Positions 17,402 to 26,502 of a stretch of 64,000 bases of DNA are shown piece after piece; position 1 is the first letter of the stretch; every line of letters starts with the position of its first letter. The translations under genes were made by a program, and so were the position numbers. Where the stretch lies: positions 113,319-177,318 of the IMG/VR virus record IMGVR_UViG_3300028800_000059. One strand, 5' to 3'. The DNA is from a virus. The notes below the pieces were generated by a model. That model had not been told where the DNA came from. It did no database searches and saw nothing but the letters and a program-made list of their open reading frames with translations.

Positions 17402-17905
17402 CTATTCCTCTACCTGCCAATCAAATGGAGTGTTTCCTCGTAAATTTTCACGGACTCGCATTAGAACACGGCCAAGATGATTTTCTCCTTCGCCTTGATA
17501 CACGCCCCAATAGCGATCCTTCCAGGTATTGCCTTCGATCAATTCTCGGTCGCCAGTCGCAAGAAGTTTTTCGCCTAAGTCTTTGTGTGATTCAAATTTA
17601 GTCAGAACATATCGTTCCATAACTTCGATTTTAATTTCATCCCAATCTTTTCTTTTGGTCACTTTTTGTCCAAGTTTTTTTGCTTTTCCTGGAGTTGATG
17701 CTTCGAAAACTTTATGTGCTTCAACAATAGAATTGGTTTTGGCTGCCTGATAGGCATGTTCTACTGTTTTGACAAGTCTCCATTTTTCATCAGGATCGTT
17801 ATAGAGCCAAGGATGATTAATTCGAATAGGGCTGAAATAGAAATTGCTTAGAAAAACATTTTCACCATCGAAATGATCAATGGCATCATTTGAAAATAGA
17901 GTCAT
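17402..17905 (-). CDS. NADAR (YbiA-like) hydrolase
   Basis: FLSNFY…TVEHAYQAAK…AKKLG…DWDEIKIEVM…KF…LLATGDRELIEGNTWKDRYWG…GENHLGRVLMRVR. Confidence 0.93.
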   Translation of the reverse strand: MTLFSNDAIDHFDGENVFLSNFYFSPIRINHPWLYNDPDEKWRLVKTVEHAYQAAKTNSIVEAHKVFEASTPGKAKKLGQKVTKRKDWDEIKIEVMERYVLTKFESHKDLGEKLLATGDRELIEGNTWKDRYWGVYQGEGENHLGRVLMRVRENLRGNTPFDWQVEE

Positions 17906-18117
17906 TCAGAATACTCCCACCAAGTATAGCAACCATCATAGGAACTACCGGCTAGAATTCCTTGGCGCTTGATTGTTTTAAACCAACACCATGGTCCTTT
18001 TCTACATGCAATTTCACATGGCCCCGGGAGAATATCATCTGGTGTAGATAATTTTACAGGGCGCCAAGCAAACCATGAATGTTTATCGGTTATGTATTTG
18101 CTCATTTGGTCAATCAT
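17902..18117 (-). CDS. hypothetical protein (WFAWRPV motif)
   Basis: 71-aa ORF with ATGA overlap to NADAR. Confidence 0.65.
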   Translation of the reverse strand: MIDQMSKYITDKHSWFAWRPVKLSTPDDILPGPCEIACRKGPWCWFKTIKRQGILAGSSYDGCYTWWEYSE

Positions 18118-18120
18118 ACA

Positions 18121-18777
18121 CTAGATTGCAGGCAAATCCAAGATATTTTTTTTCTTTTCATTTAATCGTTCACATTTAAATCCTTTGGCTTGTTTTAAAA
18201 TACCATCGGCAACTTTTACCATATTACCTTGACCAATATTATAGAGTTTGCAGAAAGCGGTAAGATTGGTGATTTTTTCTTGTTCGCCTGTTGGGTATGT
18301 GATTAACCATTCTCTTTGATTTGCTTTGCGGGCCTGGGATCGTTGATATTCAGAAGAGGTTCCTCCTTTGCGGACTTCGGAAGCTTTTTCAACTGATTTG
18401 AGCCATTTGATTCTTGTTTCTGGATTAGCTTTAGCCCATCGCTCTTTATTTGAAACGGCTATTTTATCTTTGATTTCTTGTGACATATGATTGGAAACAA
18501 GGGAAGTATTATATCCATCAGGGAGAAGACTATTTTCGGTTCTAATATGAAAAACTTCACGGTCATTGACCTGTTCTAAATTTAGACATTCTTCTAAAAT
18601 TTCAAAAGAAAAATTATCAGGTCCAAATTCTCTAAGTGCTTTGCAGAATGGAGTGTTTTTAAATTGAGCATCTTTAAGATGATTTGATTTTCTAGTATAA
18701 AGATCAGTAGTTTGACCAATGTATTTTTTTCCATTGATTCGATTTTTCCAACAATAAATGTAATATGTCTTTTCCAT
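18121..18777 (-). mobile_element. free-standing GIY-YIG homing endonuclease (Seg-like)
   Basis: YYIYCWKNRINGKKYIGQT…R…H; FEILEEC…E..HI; GYN; C-terminal NUMOD1-like NLTAFCKLYNIGQGNM. Confidence 0.9.
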
Positions 18778-18806
18778 TACACTTCTCCTGATTGATTTAA
18801 GGTATC

Positions 18807-18835
18807 ATTATATCAAATTTGAAATTAAATGTCAA
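18807..18835 (-). promoter_or_regulatory. consensus sigma70 promoter for the GIY-YIG/NADAR cassette
   Basis: TTGACA-17 nt-TATAAT; GGAG SD follows. Confidence 0.85.
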
Positions 18836-18842
18836 GTAGTAT

Positions 18843-18869
18843 AACAAAAAAGGGAATTTTCATTCCCTT
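18843..18869 (-). terminator. intrinsic terminator after gp23
   Basis: AAGGGAAT-GAAA-ATTCCCTT hairpin followed by TTTTGTT. Confidence 0.85.
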
Positions 18870-18900
18870 ATCTGCTAAGTCATTGAAAAGATTGACTTTT

Positions 18901-20244
18901 TTACATGAGATTGCGAACCCTGAAGATTCGGTAGTAGATGTTAGCCTGACCAGCGGTGTTACGATCACCAACTACGCCGTCGCCGTTTGTAGTTGCGAAA
19001 GGATTGGCAACCATGCCGTATCGTGTCTTGAAACCGATACGTGGCTGGAAGGTATCCTGACCAACGGCACGTACCATCTGTAGTGGGACGTATGGACAGT
19101 AGAAGATACCAGCGTCATAAGGAGAAGTTCCCTTGTAACCAACCAGTGCTAGTTCGTCGCCGCTTGAAGAACCACCGAAGTATGGATCGATGTAAACTTT
19201 TACGCGACCACCGTGCATTGTACCAGCGAAGGTGTTGCCAGTGTCGTCAACGGATAGATTTGCATCCAGGTTTGGAGTGTACGTTAGAATTCCAGTCATG
19301 GACATTGCCGATGCTACGTCCGAAGAAACTAGAATAACGTTACCCTTGCCTCGACGTGTTGCTTTTGCAATAGCGTTGGCTTCACGTTCGATCTGGAAAA
19401 TCAGACCCTTGAACTTTTCACCCATCCAACGACCATTTGCGTCGGTGTCAAGGTCGAAAGTACCAGAGGTGGTTGTGCCGTAGGTGCAACCAACAGTTGC
19501 CGTACGATAGATTGTACGAATAACTTCACGATTGATTTCGGCAAGAACTTCTGTGGACAGAATGTTTGCCAATTCAGTTTCAGCGTCAAGACCATGAATA
19601 GCCTTCAAGTCTTGTGCCAATTCCATCGAGTATTCAGCCTTCAATGCTCGGCTACGTGCTGTTACAGTGACCTTGTCGATCTTGAATGCCATTTCAGCAA
19701 ACAGGTTTGCGCCAGTGTCTCCCAATGCTTCGGCAGATGCCGTGGACATTGCGTTACCAGTCGTATAGGCAATTGAGTTTGCAGTATTGATAACTGGGTC
19801 AGTACCAGTGTTGGTTAACTGGACGCCGGCTGTGTTACCTGCCTTGTTGCTGGAGGAGAAAGTCGTATCAGCTTCGTTGAACAACGCTTCTGTTCCACCC
19901 TGAGTTGAATAAGTGGAACGCATTGCGAAGATAAGCCCTGTTGGACCTGTCATTGGCTGAACGCCGCAAACATCATACGCAATCAAATTTGGTAGAGCGC
20001 GACGAACCAATGAAATCAGGATTGGATCGTAGTTGTTGATCGATGCACCAGTTGAGTTCGTTGGTGCCGATTCAGACAACATGTTTGGACGGGAGAAAAT
20101 ATCATTTTCTGTTGCCAAAACCTGGGTCTGGGTTTCCATGCAGAGTGCGGTGACCGCTCTCTTGTATGGGTCCTTGATCTTTGGTAGTGCTGGATGATCC
20201 AGAATTCCGGCCCATTTCTTTTCGATTGCTTCGTTAAGTAACAT
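18901..20244 (-). CDS. gp23: major capsid protein
   Basis: DPILISLVRR, GVQPMTGPTGLIFAMR, RALKAEYSMELAQDLKAIHGLDAETEL, FYCPYVPL, FQPRIGFKTRYG. Confidence 0.99.
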   Translation of the reverse strand: MLLNEAIEKKWAGILDHPALPKIKDPYKRAVTALCMETQTQVLATENDIFSRPNMLSESAPTNSTGASINNYDPILISLVRRALPNLIAYDVCGVQPMTGPTGLIFAMRSTYSTQGGTEALFNEADTTFSSSNKAGNTAGVQLTNTGTDPVINTANSIAYTTGNAMSTASAEALGDTGANLFAEMAFKIDKVTVTARSRALKAEYSMELAQDLKAIHGLDAETELANILSTEVLAEINREVIRTIYRTATVGCTYGTTTSGTFDLDTDANGRWMGEKFKGLIFQIEREANAIAKATRRGKGNVILVSSDVASAMSMTGILTYTPNLDANLSVDDTGNTFAGTMHGGRVKVYIDPYFGGSSSGDELALVGYKGTSPYDAGIFYCPYVPLQMVRAVGQDTFQPRIGFKTRYGMVANPFATTNGDGVVGDRNTAGQANIYYRIFRVRNLM

Positions 20245-20285
20245 TTTTTTTCTCTCCGTGATTTTTGTTTTTGTTGTTACGTTTT

Positions 20286-20293
20286 TATTTATA
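20286..20293 (-). promoter_or_regulatory. late promoter of gp23
   Basis: TATAAATA upstream of gp23; GGAG SD. Confidence 0.88.
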
Positions 20294-20309
20294 ATTCCTG
20301 GAATTTCAA

Positions 20310-21494
20310 TTATTTCTTGAAACGATCTAGGAACGCAAGTGTTGACTGCATTTCTGGGTCAACCTTGTCGTGGTTGGTATTATCTTCGGCAAGCATTTTT
20401 GCATTTTCTGGATCGCCAGCGTCTCTTGCGGCATCATCCAATTCTGCGCTAACGTTTGTCTTGTTGGCTGGGAAATAACTTTCCTTTAGAACTTCAAGCT
20501 TGGTTGCGAATTCTTCGTCGGTTGTGAATTCAGTTCCTTCGGCTAGCTGATAAACTTTTGCTGCCTGTACGTCAGTTAATTCCTTACAAGATTCCTTGAT
20601 GATAAGAACTTTCTTGACTTCGTTAAGTTCTTTCTTGGTATCGATCCCGCGCTGAATTTCTTCATTCAACTTGGTTTCCAATTCGTCAGCCTTGGCTGCC
20701 AATTCTTCGACAACATCAACCTTGTCTTCTGGAATGTCGATGTAGTGTTCGGCAAATAGTTTCTTTAGACCGGCCATGAAATCTTCGGTCAATTCTGTGC
20801 GGATGCCAGCTTCTACGGCGAGTTCATTGTCGGCAACCCACTGTTCGGCAACATAGCCCATATAATCATTGACTTTGTTTTCTAGGTCTTCACGAATAAC
20901 AGCCACAGCATCAGATAGTTCCTGTTGAGTCTGTTTGCGAAGAATTGTATAGGCTTCGGTTACGCGAGCGATAACGGCCGCTTCGAAAATTGTTTCGGCG
21001 CGGGTTTTGAATTCTTCGGATAGATCATCCTGGCCAGCCAATAGAGCATCAACATCTTCCTTGATGGCATCTTTCTTGACAACCTTCTTGATCAATTCCT
21101 TGTCTTCTTCTTCGTCATTGTGACCTTCAGTAATTTCATCGGCTTCGACAACGCGGGACTGCATTCCATGTTCGGAACCAGTATCACCAGACTGAGAATG
21201 TGTGCCGTCTACAAGCGATTCGGCACCTTCTTCGCTGTTTCCGTTACCAAACTGGTTTCCTGGATAAACGTGACGTGGTTCGTTTCCTACTGGAGGAGTT
21301 GCACCTGGAGGAGTTGCTGTTGGTGCACCGTGAGTTGCGGCCTGAGCCTTGTCGGCTGGATGACTTGGTGTTGGGCCACCAATTTCAGCTTCACCGTCCT
21401 GTGACAATTTCTTTGGCTTGTCTTCCTTGCCCTGTGCGGTATGAACAGAAGCGTTTAGAATGTCGGCTGCATCTTCTAGAAGTGTTCTTGCCAT
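20310..21494 (-). CDS. gp22: prohead core scaffold protein
   Basis: LSEEFKTRAETIFEAAV…VNDYMGYVAEQWV…ELAVEAGIRTELTEDFM.GLK.LF.EHYIDIPEDK. Confidence 0.95.
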   Translation of the reverse strand: MARTLLEDAADILNASVHTAQGKEDKPKKLSQDGEAEIGGPTPSHPADKAQAATHGAPTATPPGATPPVGNEPRHVYPGNQFGNGNSEEGAESLVDGTHSQSGDTGSEHGMQSRVVEADEITEGHNDEEEDKELIKKVVKKDAIKEDVDALLAGQDDLSEEFKTRAETIFEAAVIARVTEAYTILRKQTQQELSDAVAVIREDLENKVNDYMGYVAEQWVADNELAVEAGIRTELTEDFMAGLKKLFAEHYIDIPEDKVDVVEELAAKADELETKLNEEIQRGIDTKKELNEVKKVLIIKESCKELTDVQAAKVYQLAEGTEFTTDEEFATKLEVLKESYFPANKTNVSAELDDAARDAGDPENAKMLAEDNTNHDKVDPEMQSTLAFLDRFKK

Positions 21495-21536
21495 GGTAGA
21501 TATTCTCCGTAATTCAAATTGATTGTTTGGTGAAAT

Positions 21537-21544
21537 TATTTATA
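21537..21544 (-). promoter_or_regulatory. late promoter of gp22
   Basis: TATAAATA overlapping the gp21 stop codon. Confidence 0.82.
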
Positions 21545-22199
21545 CTTTTGATAACTTTGAGAAAAACGCATCCATTACTTTAATAGCGCGAGTTTCATAG
21601 TCTTTTTGATTTTTAGACTCGTTCAAATACTTGACGGCCTTGGATTGACTTGCTGGCAACCATTGCTTGTTTTCATAGACCCATTCGGCGCCTTCGTAAA
21701 TGCCATTGACAAAGGCATCCGGGGCGGATGGATCGATTACGATATCGGCTGCTGTCATTAGGCGAAGGTCTGGTTGGACTATCGAGGCACCATTTGATTC
21801 TTTCAGCGAACCAAGAGCCCGGGAAGAAGCTGCAAGTTGGCCACCGTCATTTAGGATTGCGCGAACGATATTACCCTGTGGAGTTGTTCCAATTTTGGCT
21901 TTGCCAATCCAGTTGTCGCCGTCTTCTTTCAAAGAAGTGATACGGTGGGAAATTCTATCTTCATTGATTTTTGGTGTGTCTGGATGCCCTAGTTCGCCGT
22001 AGGCACGATTACGATTTACGTATTGCGTGATATAACGGGCACATTCATTTCGCAACGTTTCTTTTGGATAGATACGGCCATTCTTATTGAGTTTATTGGC
22101 CTGCATGAAAATGCCGTGGATGTAGTAATCCTTGCCTCCTGTTGAAGTGGCTTCGGTTAGGACTTCGAATTCTTGAATATCTTCTTTGATTAATAACAT
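21540..22199 (-). CDS. gp21: prohead protease
   Basis: GIFMQA…NKNGRIYP…AYGELGHP…SHRI…ASSRALGSL…ADIVIDPSAPDAFVNGIYE. Confidence 0.97.
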   Translation of the reverse strand: MLLIKEDIQEFEVLTEATSTGGKDYYIHGIFMQANKLNKNGRIYPKETLRNECARYITQYVNRNRAYGELGHPDTPKINEDRISHRITSLKEDGDNWIGKAKIGTTPQGNIVRAILNDGGQLAASSRALGSLKESNGASIVQPDLRLMTAADIVIDPSAPDAFVNGIYEGAEWVYENKQWLPASQSKAVKYLNESKNQKDYETRAIKVMDAFFSKLSKV

Positions 22200-22210
22200 A
22201 GTGGTATTAT

Positions 22211-22837
22211 TTATTCTTTCGCAGTTGCAGGACCGTGGTGTTTTAGGATTGCATTTTTCAAATCTTCATAGGCACTTGCATGTTGACTAGGTATTTGTGT
22301 TAGACGGAGAGTGCCTGATTTTTTTGATTGCGCCATTTTTTCAACATAATTATGTAAATGTTTATCAACTTCTGGATGAAGTCCATTATAATGTCTAGTA
22401 TCGTCTCCAGGAATCATGACCTTAACTGGTCCTCGTTTCCCAGCAATTGTATAGGAAGGAGTATGCGTTGGATGTGCTTCGATTCCTGCTTGATGAATTC
22501 CTGCACGTCCTGGATTATCGAAAGATCGACCATCGGAAGTCTTGAAACGATTTTCCCATTCGACATTGCGCCGACCTGGACCGGCTTCATTCAAAGAAGA
22601 TTCATTATAGGTTTTGCGTTTTCCTGTGCCTTTGCAAATTTCACATGTAATGGTTTTCTTCGGTCTTGTGTCGGGGCCTCCTCCACCATATGGTAAATGA
22701 ACTTGATATTTTCCTTTACCATTACATTTAGAACATGTCTTGTTTTTTTCATCTTCACCTTTAAGAAATTTATCATGGGCTCGCGCATTATCGCGTCCTG
22801 GAGACATTTCTGTTATATAAGTCTTGAATGATTTCAT
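22211..22837 (-). CDS. putative internal head protein with a capsid-targeting-like N-terminus and a CxxCxGxG zinc finger
   Basis: MKSFKTYITE resembles the T4 IP CTS MKTYQEFIAE; CSKCNGKG…CEICKGTG. Confidence 0.65.
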   Translation of the reverse strand: MKSFKTYITEMSPGRDNARAHDKFLKGEDEKNKTCSKCNGKGKYQVHLPYGGGGPDTRPKKTITCEICKGTGKRKTYNESSLNEAGPGRRNVEWENRFKTSDGRSFDNPGRAGIHQAGIEAHPTHTPSYTIAGKRGPVKVMIPGDDTRHYNGLHPEVDKHLHNYVEKMAQSKKSGTLRLTQIPSQHASAYEDLKNAILKHHGPATAKE

Positions 22838-23337
22838 GCTCGCAGCCCTAGTGCCTTTCTTTTCCGTAGTGACCTTTTCAAGGCCATTCTTGTTCTACTT
22901 CTTTTTGATTTTCTTTTTCGGACGGCCTTTCGAGCGCCCATTTTTCTAGCCCGTCTTTCAGCCGAACTCATTCTAACTAATCGTCCACCGCGTAACGTAT
23001 AACCTTTCACATTCGATAATCTTTTTCGGCGCTGGATTTTTCCACGGCGAATTCGAATTCTAATGATCTTGATCCGTGGAGCCTCTTCTAGATTTTCTTC
23101 TTTTCTCAAGGCTGGTTCACGATAATCTATAGTTTCATCATATTCAGGATCACTCATTCCAAAGGAATCTTCGTCCACAACATATTTCTTTGCCGAGTAG
23201 GCCTTCTTGGCTTCTTCGACCTTTTTGGCACAAATCTTTTTTATCTGTTCTTTAAATTCTTCACCAAGTCGAACGCGATTTCCCGTAATGATATGGTCAA
23301 GAAGTTTTTTATTATTGAGACCCGACACCAGTACCAC
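22834..23337 (-). CDS. gp68: prohead core protein (gp68-like, with a gp67-like N-terminal helix)
   Basis: Arg/Lys-rich IRIRIRRGKIQRRK…GYTLRGGRLVRMS..ERR.RK…ALKRSLRKR; position upstream of gp21. Confidence 0.75.
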   Translation of the reverse strand: MVLVSGLNNKKLLDHIITGNRVRLGEEFKEQIKKICAKKVEEAKKAYSAKKYVVDEDSFGMSDPEYDETIDYREPALRKEENLEEAPRIKIIRIRIRRGKIQRRKRLSNVKGYTLRGGRLVRMSSAERRARKMGARKAVRKRKSKRSRTRMALKRSLRKRKALGLRA

Positions 23338-23884
23338 CCCGAGGTGATCTTACTCCGGCGTTGAATGCCATAGGATCGGCTGTCTGGCCCATGTCATAAT
23401 CTGTTCCAATCCACTGACCAGTCTTTCGGCCTTCAATGATTACTGTATAACCAGTGTTGGCAACCATGCCCAATGTCTGCAATCCAATATCGCCTTTTGT
23501 ATTGGCGGCCGGAAGATTGTTTTTGAATACATCCACATCCGAAGCAGATTCGAACAAGGCGGTACCAAGACCAGCGGCCACGATTGTTGCATTTGCTACG
23601 TTGGTTGGATCAGTCGAGGCCCAGAATATAATTACTTCACCAGCAAGACCGTTTACAGTAATATTAATACGTTTGATTGTTGTCCGATATGTGGACAAGT
23701 AAACACTGTTAGCGTTGCCGGCAGCAATCAAACCATTGGTGTCCAATGCACCCTGTAGATTAGCGACATGAATTTTTGTATTTGATGTTTCCTGCCCGTT
23801 TGCACCATCAAATCGTCCGATAAGTTTGATTACAAATCGACGTGAATTGTCTTCTAATGTTTGAGTTTCGAATATGTTTGCCAT
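23312..23884 (-). CDS. conserved head-cluster virion protein
   Basis: QTLEDNSRRFVIKLIG…G….TKI..ANLQG…GDI…Y.VIIE.RK. Confidence 0.65.
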   Translation of the reverse strand: MANIFETQTLEDNSRRFVIKLIGRFDGANGQETSNTKIHVANLQGALDTNGLIAAGNANSVYLSTYRTTIKRINITVNGLAGEVIIFWASTDPTNVANATIVAAGLGTALFESASDVDVFKNNLPAANTKGDIGLQTLGMVANTGYTVIIEGRKTGQWIGTDYDMGQTADPMAFNAGVRSPRGGTGVGSQ

Positions 23885-23901
23885 GGGTTATCCTCTTCGT
23901 C

Positions 23902-24204
23902 TTATTTAGATTTTAGGCTGGTTATAATTTTGGAAACCCTGGTAGATTCAGGCTTATAGGATTCACTTACCGTAGAAATATCATCGTCTTTACCCGACAC
24001 GTTATATGGTACCGAAATATATTTGTCAATTGCGGTTATGTAATAAAGAGCAATTCGTTTTCCTTGAGGAAATGTCCGAATTGCTGTTCGCCGCATTATA
24101 AGGGTTGGTGGAGGATCGCGGTGTGACGTTGATGGTGTGTTATCATCGTCCTTCTCGTTGGCGCTCTCCACCAATTCTGATTTGAATACTTCAAGGGTTT
24201 TCAT
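23902..24204 (-). CDS. conserved head-cluster protein with a CTS-like N-terminus
   Basis: MKTLEVFKSELVE start; DPPPTLIMRRTAIRTFP.GKRIALYY…KY.SVPY. Confidence 0.65.
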   Translation of the reverse strand: MKTLEVFKSELVESANEKDDDNTPSTSHRDPPPTLIMRRTAIRTFPQGKRIALYYITAIDKYISVPYNVSGKDDDISTVSESYKPESTRVSKIITSLKSK

Positions 24205-25619
24205 TAGGCAATCCTAAATGCTTCCCCGTGTTTTGGATTATCTAATTTGTGTCTTTCGATAGGTGCTGTTGTTGGATGTCTTTTTCTATGACCAAGAATA
24301 GTCGAAGCATCATTCACTTGATCCAAATATTTTGCTTCGGCCTTTGGATCGTGACTTTGTACGGCCTTGGCTGCTTCTCCAGCATCCTTGATGATATAAT
24401 GCAATTCAGCATCAGATTTTTTATGATACGGGTGATGTAGAAGGGGAGTGGAATAACGCGCTTCCTTTAAGGCATGTTTTTTAGCCGACTCTTCATTTGT
24501 AAAGAATCCTAATTTACCTTTTTTGTTTTTGGCCGTCCAAAGAGGCTGGGAATGTGGATGAATCTTTGGTGCTTCTTTATATTCACCAGGCTTTAATTCG
24601 CTCTTGGTTTTGTAATTGATCTTAGAATCTTCGCTGAGTCTATCCGTAGCCTTGGAAATTCCACGGAGTCTCTTTTCGGTTCGGTCATGTTCTTTATTGG
24701 CCAATGTTGGTCTTCCGGCCGTGTGCATCCCGGCCCGCGTTGCGCTCATTTGAATATCAGCCGCAGCACGTTTTACATATGAGCCAAGAGTCTTCTTTGA
24801 AAGCTCGGTTAGAACCGCTTCGCCTAGTTTTACTTTTCCAGACCCGGCACAATTTTTGCAGGTTACATCGCCCATTTCTACTTCGCCTTTTTTATTGCTA
24901 GAAAAGGCATGTGTTTTTCCTGTACCCTGACATGGCCGACAAGTTCCCATAGTTGGCTTTAACATGGACTCAACAACATATTCCTTGAATGATTTTAGAG
25001 CCTTTTGTTTTCCGGTTCCTTCACATGTTTTGCAAAGATAGGCTCTTGGTCCATATATCTTATCGCCTCTTCTACCAGTTCCCTTGCAATCAGGACATTC
25101 TTTTTTATTTTCTTCTTTGCCGCTACTTTCTCCAATGCGATATGGACCAGAATGATGAAAATGATGTGCCCAGGCATTGCCTTCGGTCTTTCGGACCATA
25201 TGTTCTGGAACCTTGGCTGATTCGTAGTCGCCATGATCAATCACAACAAAAGGAGAACCATGTGGATCGCCTTTATCGTGTCGCACAACCAGACCGCTTT
25301 TCATTTTTCCTTTGTGCGGGAAGCTTACTTTGTCGCCAGGGTTGAAAGATTCTCCAAATGCCCGATCACCATCACCATTGTTGGCCTTGATATCGCCCGT
25401 GTTTGTTGCTGGCTGGGCATCATCCATTAGCGATGTTTTCTTTGCATAGCTTTTTGTTGGATCAAGTTTTAGTTGTGGCGCTGGTTTCTCAGGTTCTGGT
25501 GCCGCGGCTGGCTTTGAAGGCAGCGCACGATTGATGATAGCATGAAGCTGGGCGCTACGAATAACACCATCGCTTTCGGACAGAAATTGAGAAAGAGTTT
25601 TAGCCATTAGGAACTCCAA
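24204..25619 (-). CDS. modular putative internal head polyprotein (SH3/KOW-like module, two zinc fingers, helical modules)
   Basis: MAKTLSQFLSE N-terminus; internal LKSFKEYVVE; FNPGDKVSF…G.VV module; CPDCKGTG/CKTCEGTG and CRPCQGTG/CKNCAGSG; ELSKKTLGSYVKRA module; likely start at the ATG at 25607. Confidence 0.65.
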   Translation of the reverse strand: MEFLMAKTLSQFLSESDGVIRSAQLHAIINRALPSKPAAAPEPEKPAPQLKLDPTKSYAKKTSLMDDAQPATNTGDIKANNGDGDRAFGESFNPGDKVSFPHKGKMKSGLVVRHDKGDPHGSPFVVIDHGDYESAKVPEHMVRKTEGNAWAHHFHHSGPYRIGESSGKEENKKECPDCKGTGRRGDKIYGPRAYLCKTCEGTGKQKALKSFKEYVVESMLKPTMGTCRPCQGTGKTHAFSSNKKGEVEMGDVTCKNCAGSGKVKLGEAVLTELSKKTLGSYVKRAAADIQMSATRAGMHTAGRPTLANKEHDRTEKRLRGISKATDRLSEDSKINYKTKSELKPGEYKEAPKIHPHSQPLWTAKNKKGKLGFFTNEESAKKHALKEARYSTPLLHHPYHKKSDAELHYIIKDAGEAAKAVQSHDPKAEAKYLDQVNDASTILGHRKRHPTTAPIERHKLDNPKHGEAFRIA

Positions 25620-26500
25620 TATGCTTCGGATTCTGGACTTGCGTTATAACGTGCCTGGCGTTGATTAAAATCGTTTCTCCATTGTGATTTGTTCATGCCA
25701 GTGCCCTTACAAGATTTACATGATTCTATATCGACACCACTGGTATGAACTTTTCCAGTGCCATGACACGCCCGGCAGCCATATTTTACTTTCTTGTCGG
25801 CTGCTGGTGTATTCTTGGTTGCGGCTACGACATTTTTAGCTGCCTTTGTTGGTTCTGGCTCGCTCCAACTTACCTTAATTGCTTCGCCAAAAATCTTCCC
25901 GGCAACTTCGACGCGCTTTAGGAGTAGATTGTCCTTGACGTGGGCGCCAATTGCTCCCTGGAAGACCTCCGCGATTGCGGATGGGTTTTCCATGATTGCA
26001 AAATCAATAATCTGTGCTGCATTGGATGGGGTTTCGTTGTCTGTCATGTTTGTTTCCTTAATATGATTTCGGCCAAGTTTGCCTGATGCCTTTGATGATC
26101 CATAACCACGTCTTACTACATCACCCATCATTTTATCGTTGTTCAATTCACTGCCTTTTTCTCTGTGACGTAATGCTCGACGTTTCAATGTTTTATTTTG
26201 TCCTTTGGTTTTTTCATCCAAAGCAACTCCTTCAGCCATTTGAGTTGGATATAAATGATGAATGTATTTGCCGTGGATCATGTTCTGATATGGCCGGTGT
26301 CTATCTGGAAGAGAACCTTCCTTGTTCCGGGATCTAATGATTTTCTTGGTGTTGGCGTGTTCTTCTTCGGTTCCAAAATGTTTGGCGAGTAAGGCAATGT
26401 TTTCAGAATGATAGTTTTGATCCTCGTTTTTTTCGTATTCAGATTTGATTTTATCAATGGTGGCACCTTTTCGTGCTTCTTCTAATGTTTCTACAGTCAT
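25607..26500 (-). CDS. modular head protein containing a gp67-like segment and a zinc finger
   Basis: directly downstream of gp20; internal AAQIIDFAI…AEVFQGAIG..VKD.L..KRVEVAGKIF; CRACHGTG…CKSCKGTG. Confidence 0.6.
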   Translation of the reverse strand: MTVETLEEARKGATIDKIKSEYEKNEDQNYHSENIALLAKHFGTEEEHANTKKIIRSRNKEGSLPDRHRPYQNMIHGKYIHHLYPTQMAEGVALDEKTKGQNKTLKRRALRHREKGSELNNDKMMGDVVRRGYGSSKASGKLGRNHIKETNMTDNETPSNAAQIIDFAIMENPSAIAEVFQGAIGAHVKDNLLLKRVEVAGKIFGEAIKVSWSEPEPTKAAKNVVAATKNTPAADKKVKYGCRACHGTGKVHTSGVDIESCKSCKGTGMNKSQWRNDFNQRQARYNASPESEAYWSS

Positions 26501-26502
26501 GT

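Noticed and set aside
22211-26500. DnaJ chaperone annotation for the CxxCxGxG proteins
   Set aside because: No HPD J-domain or DnaJ C-terminal domain.
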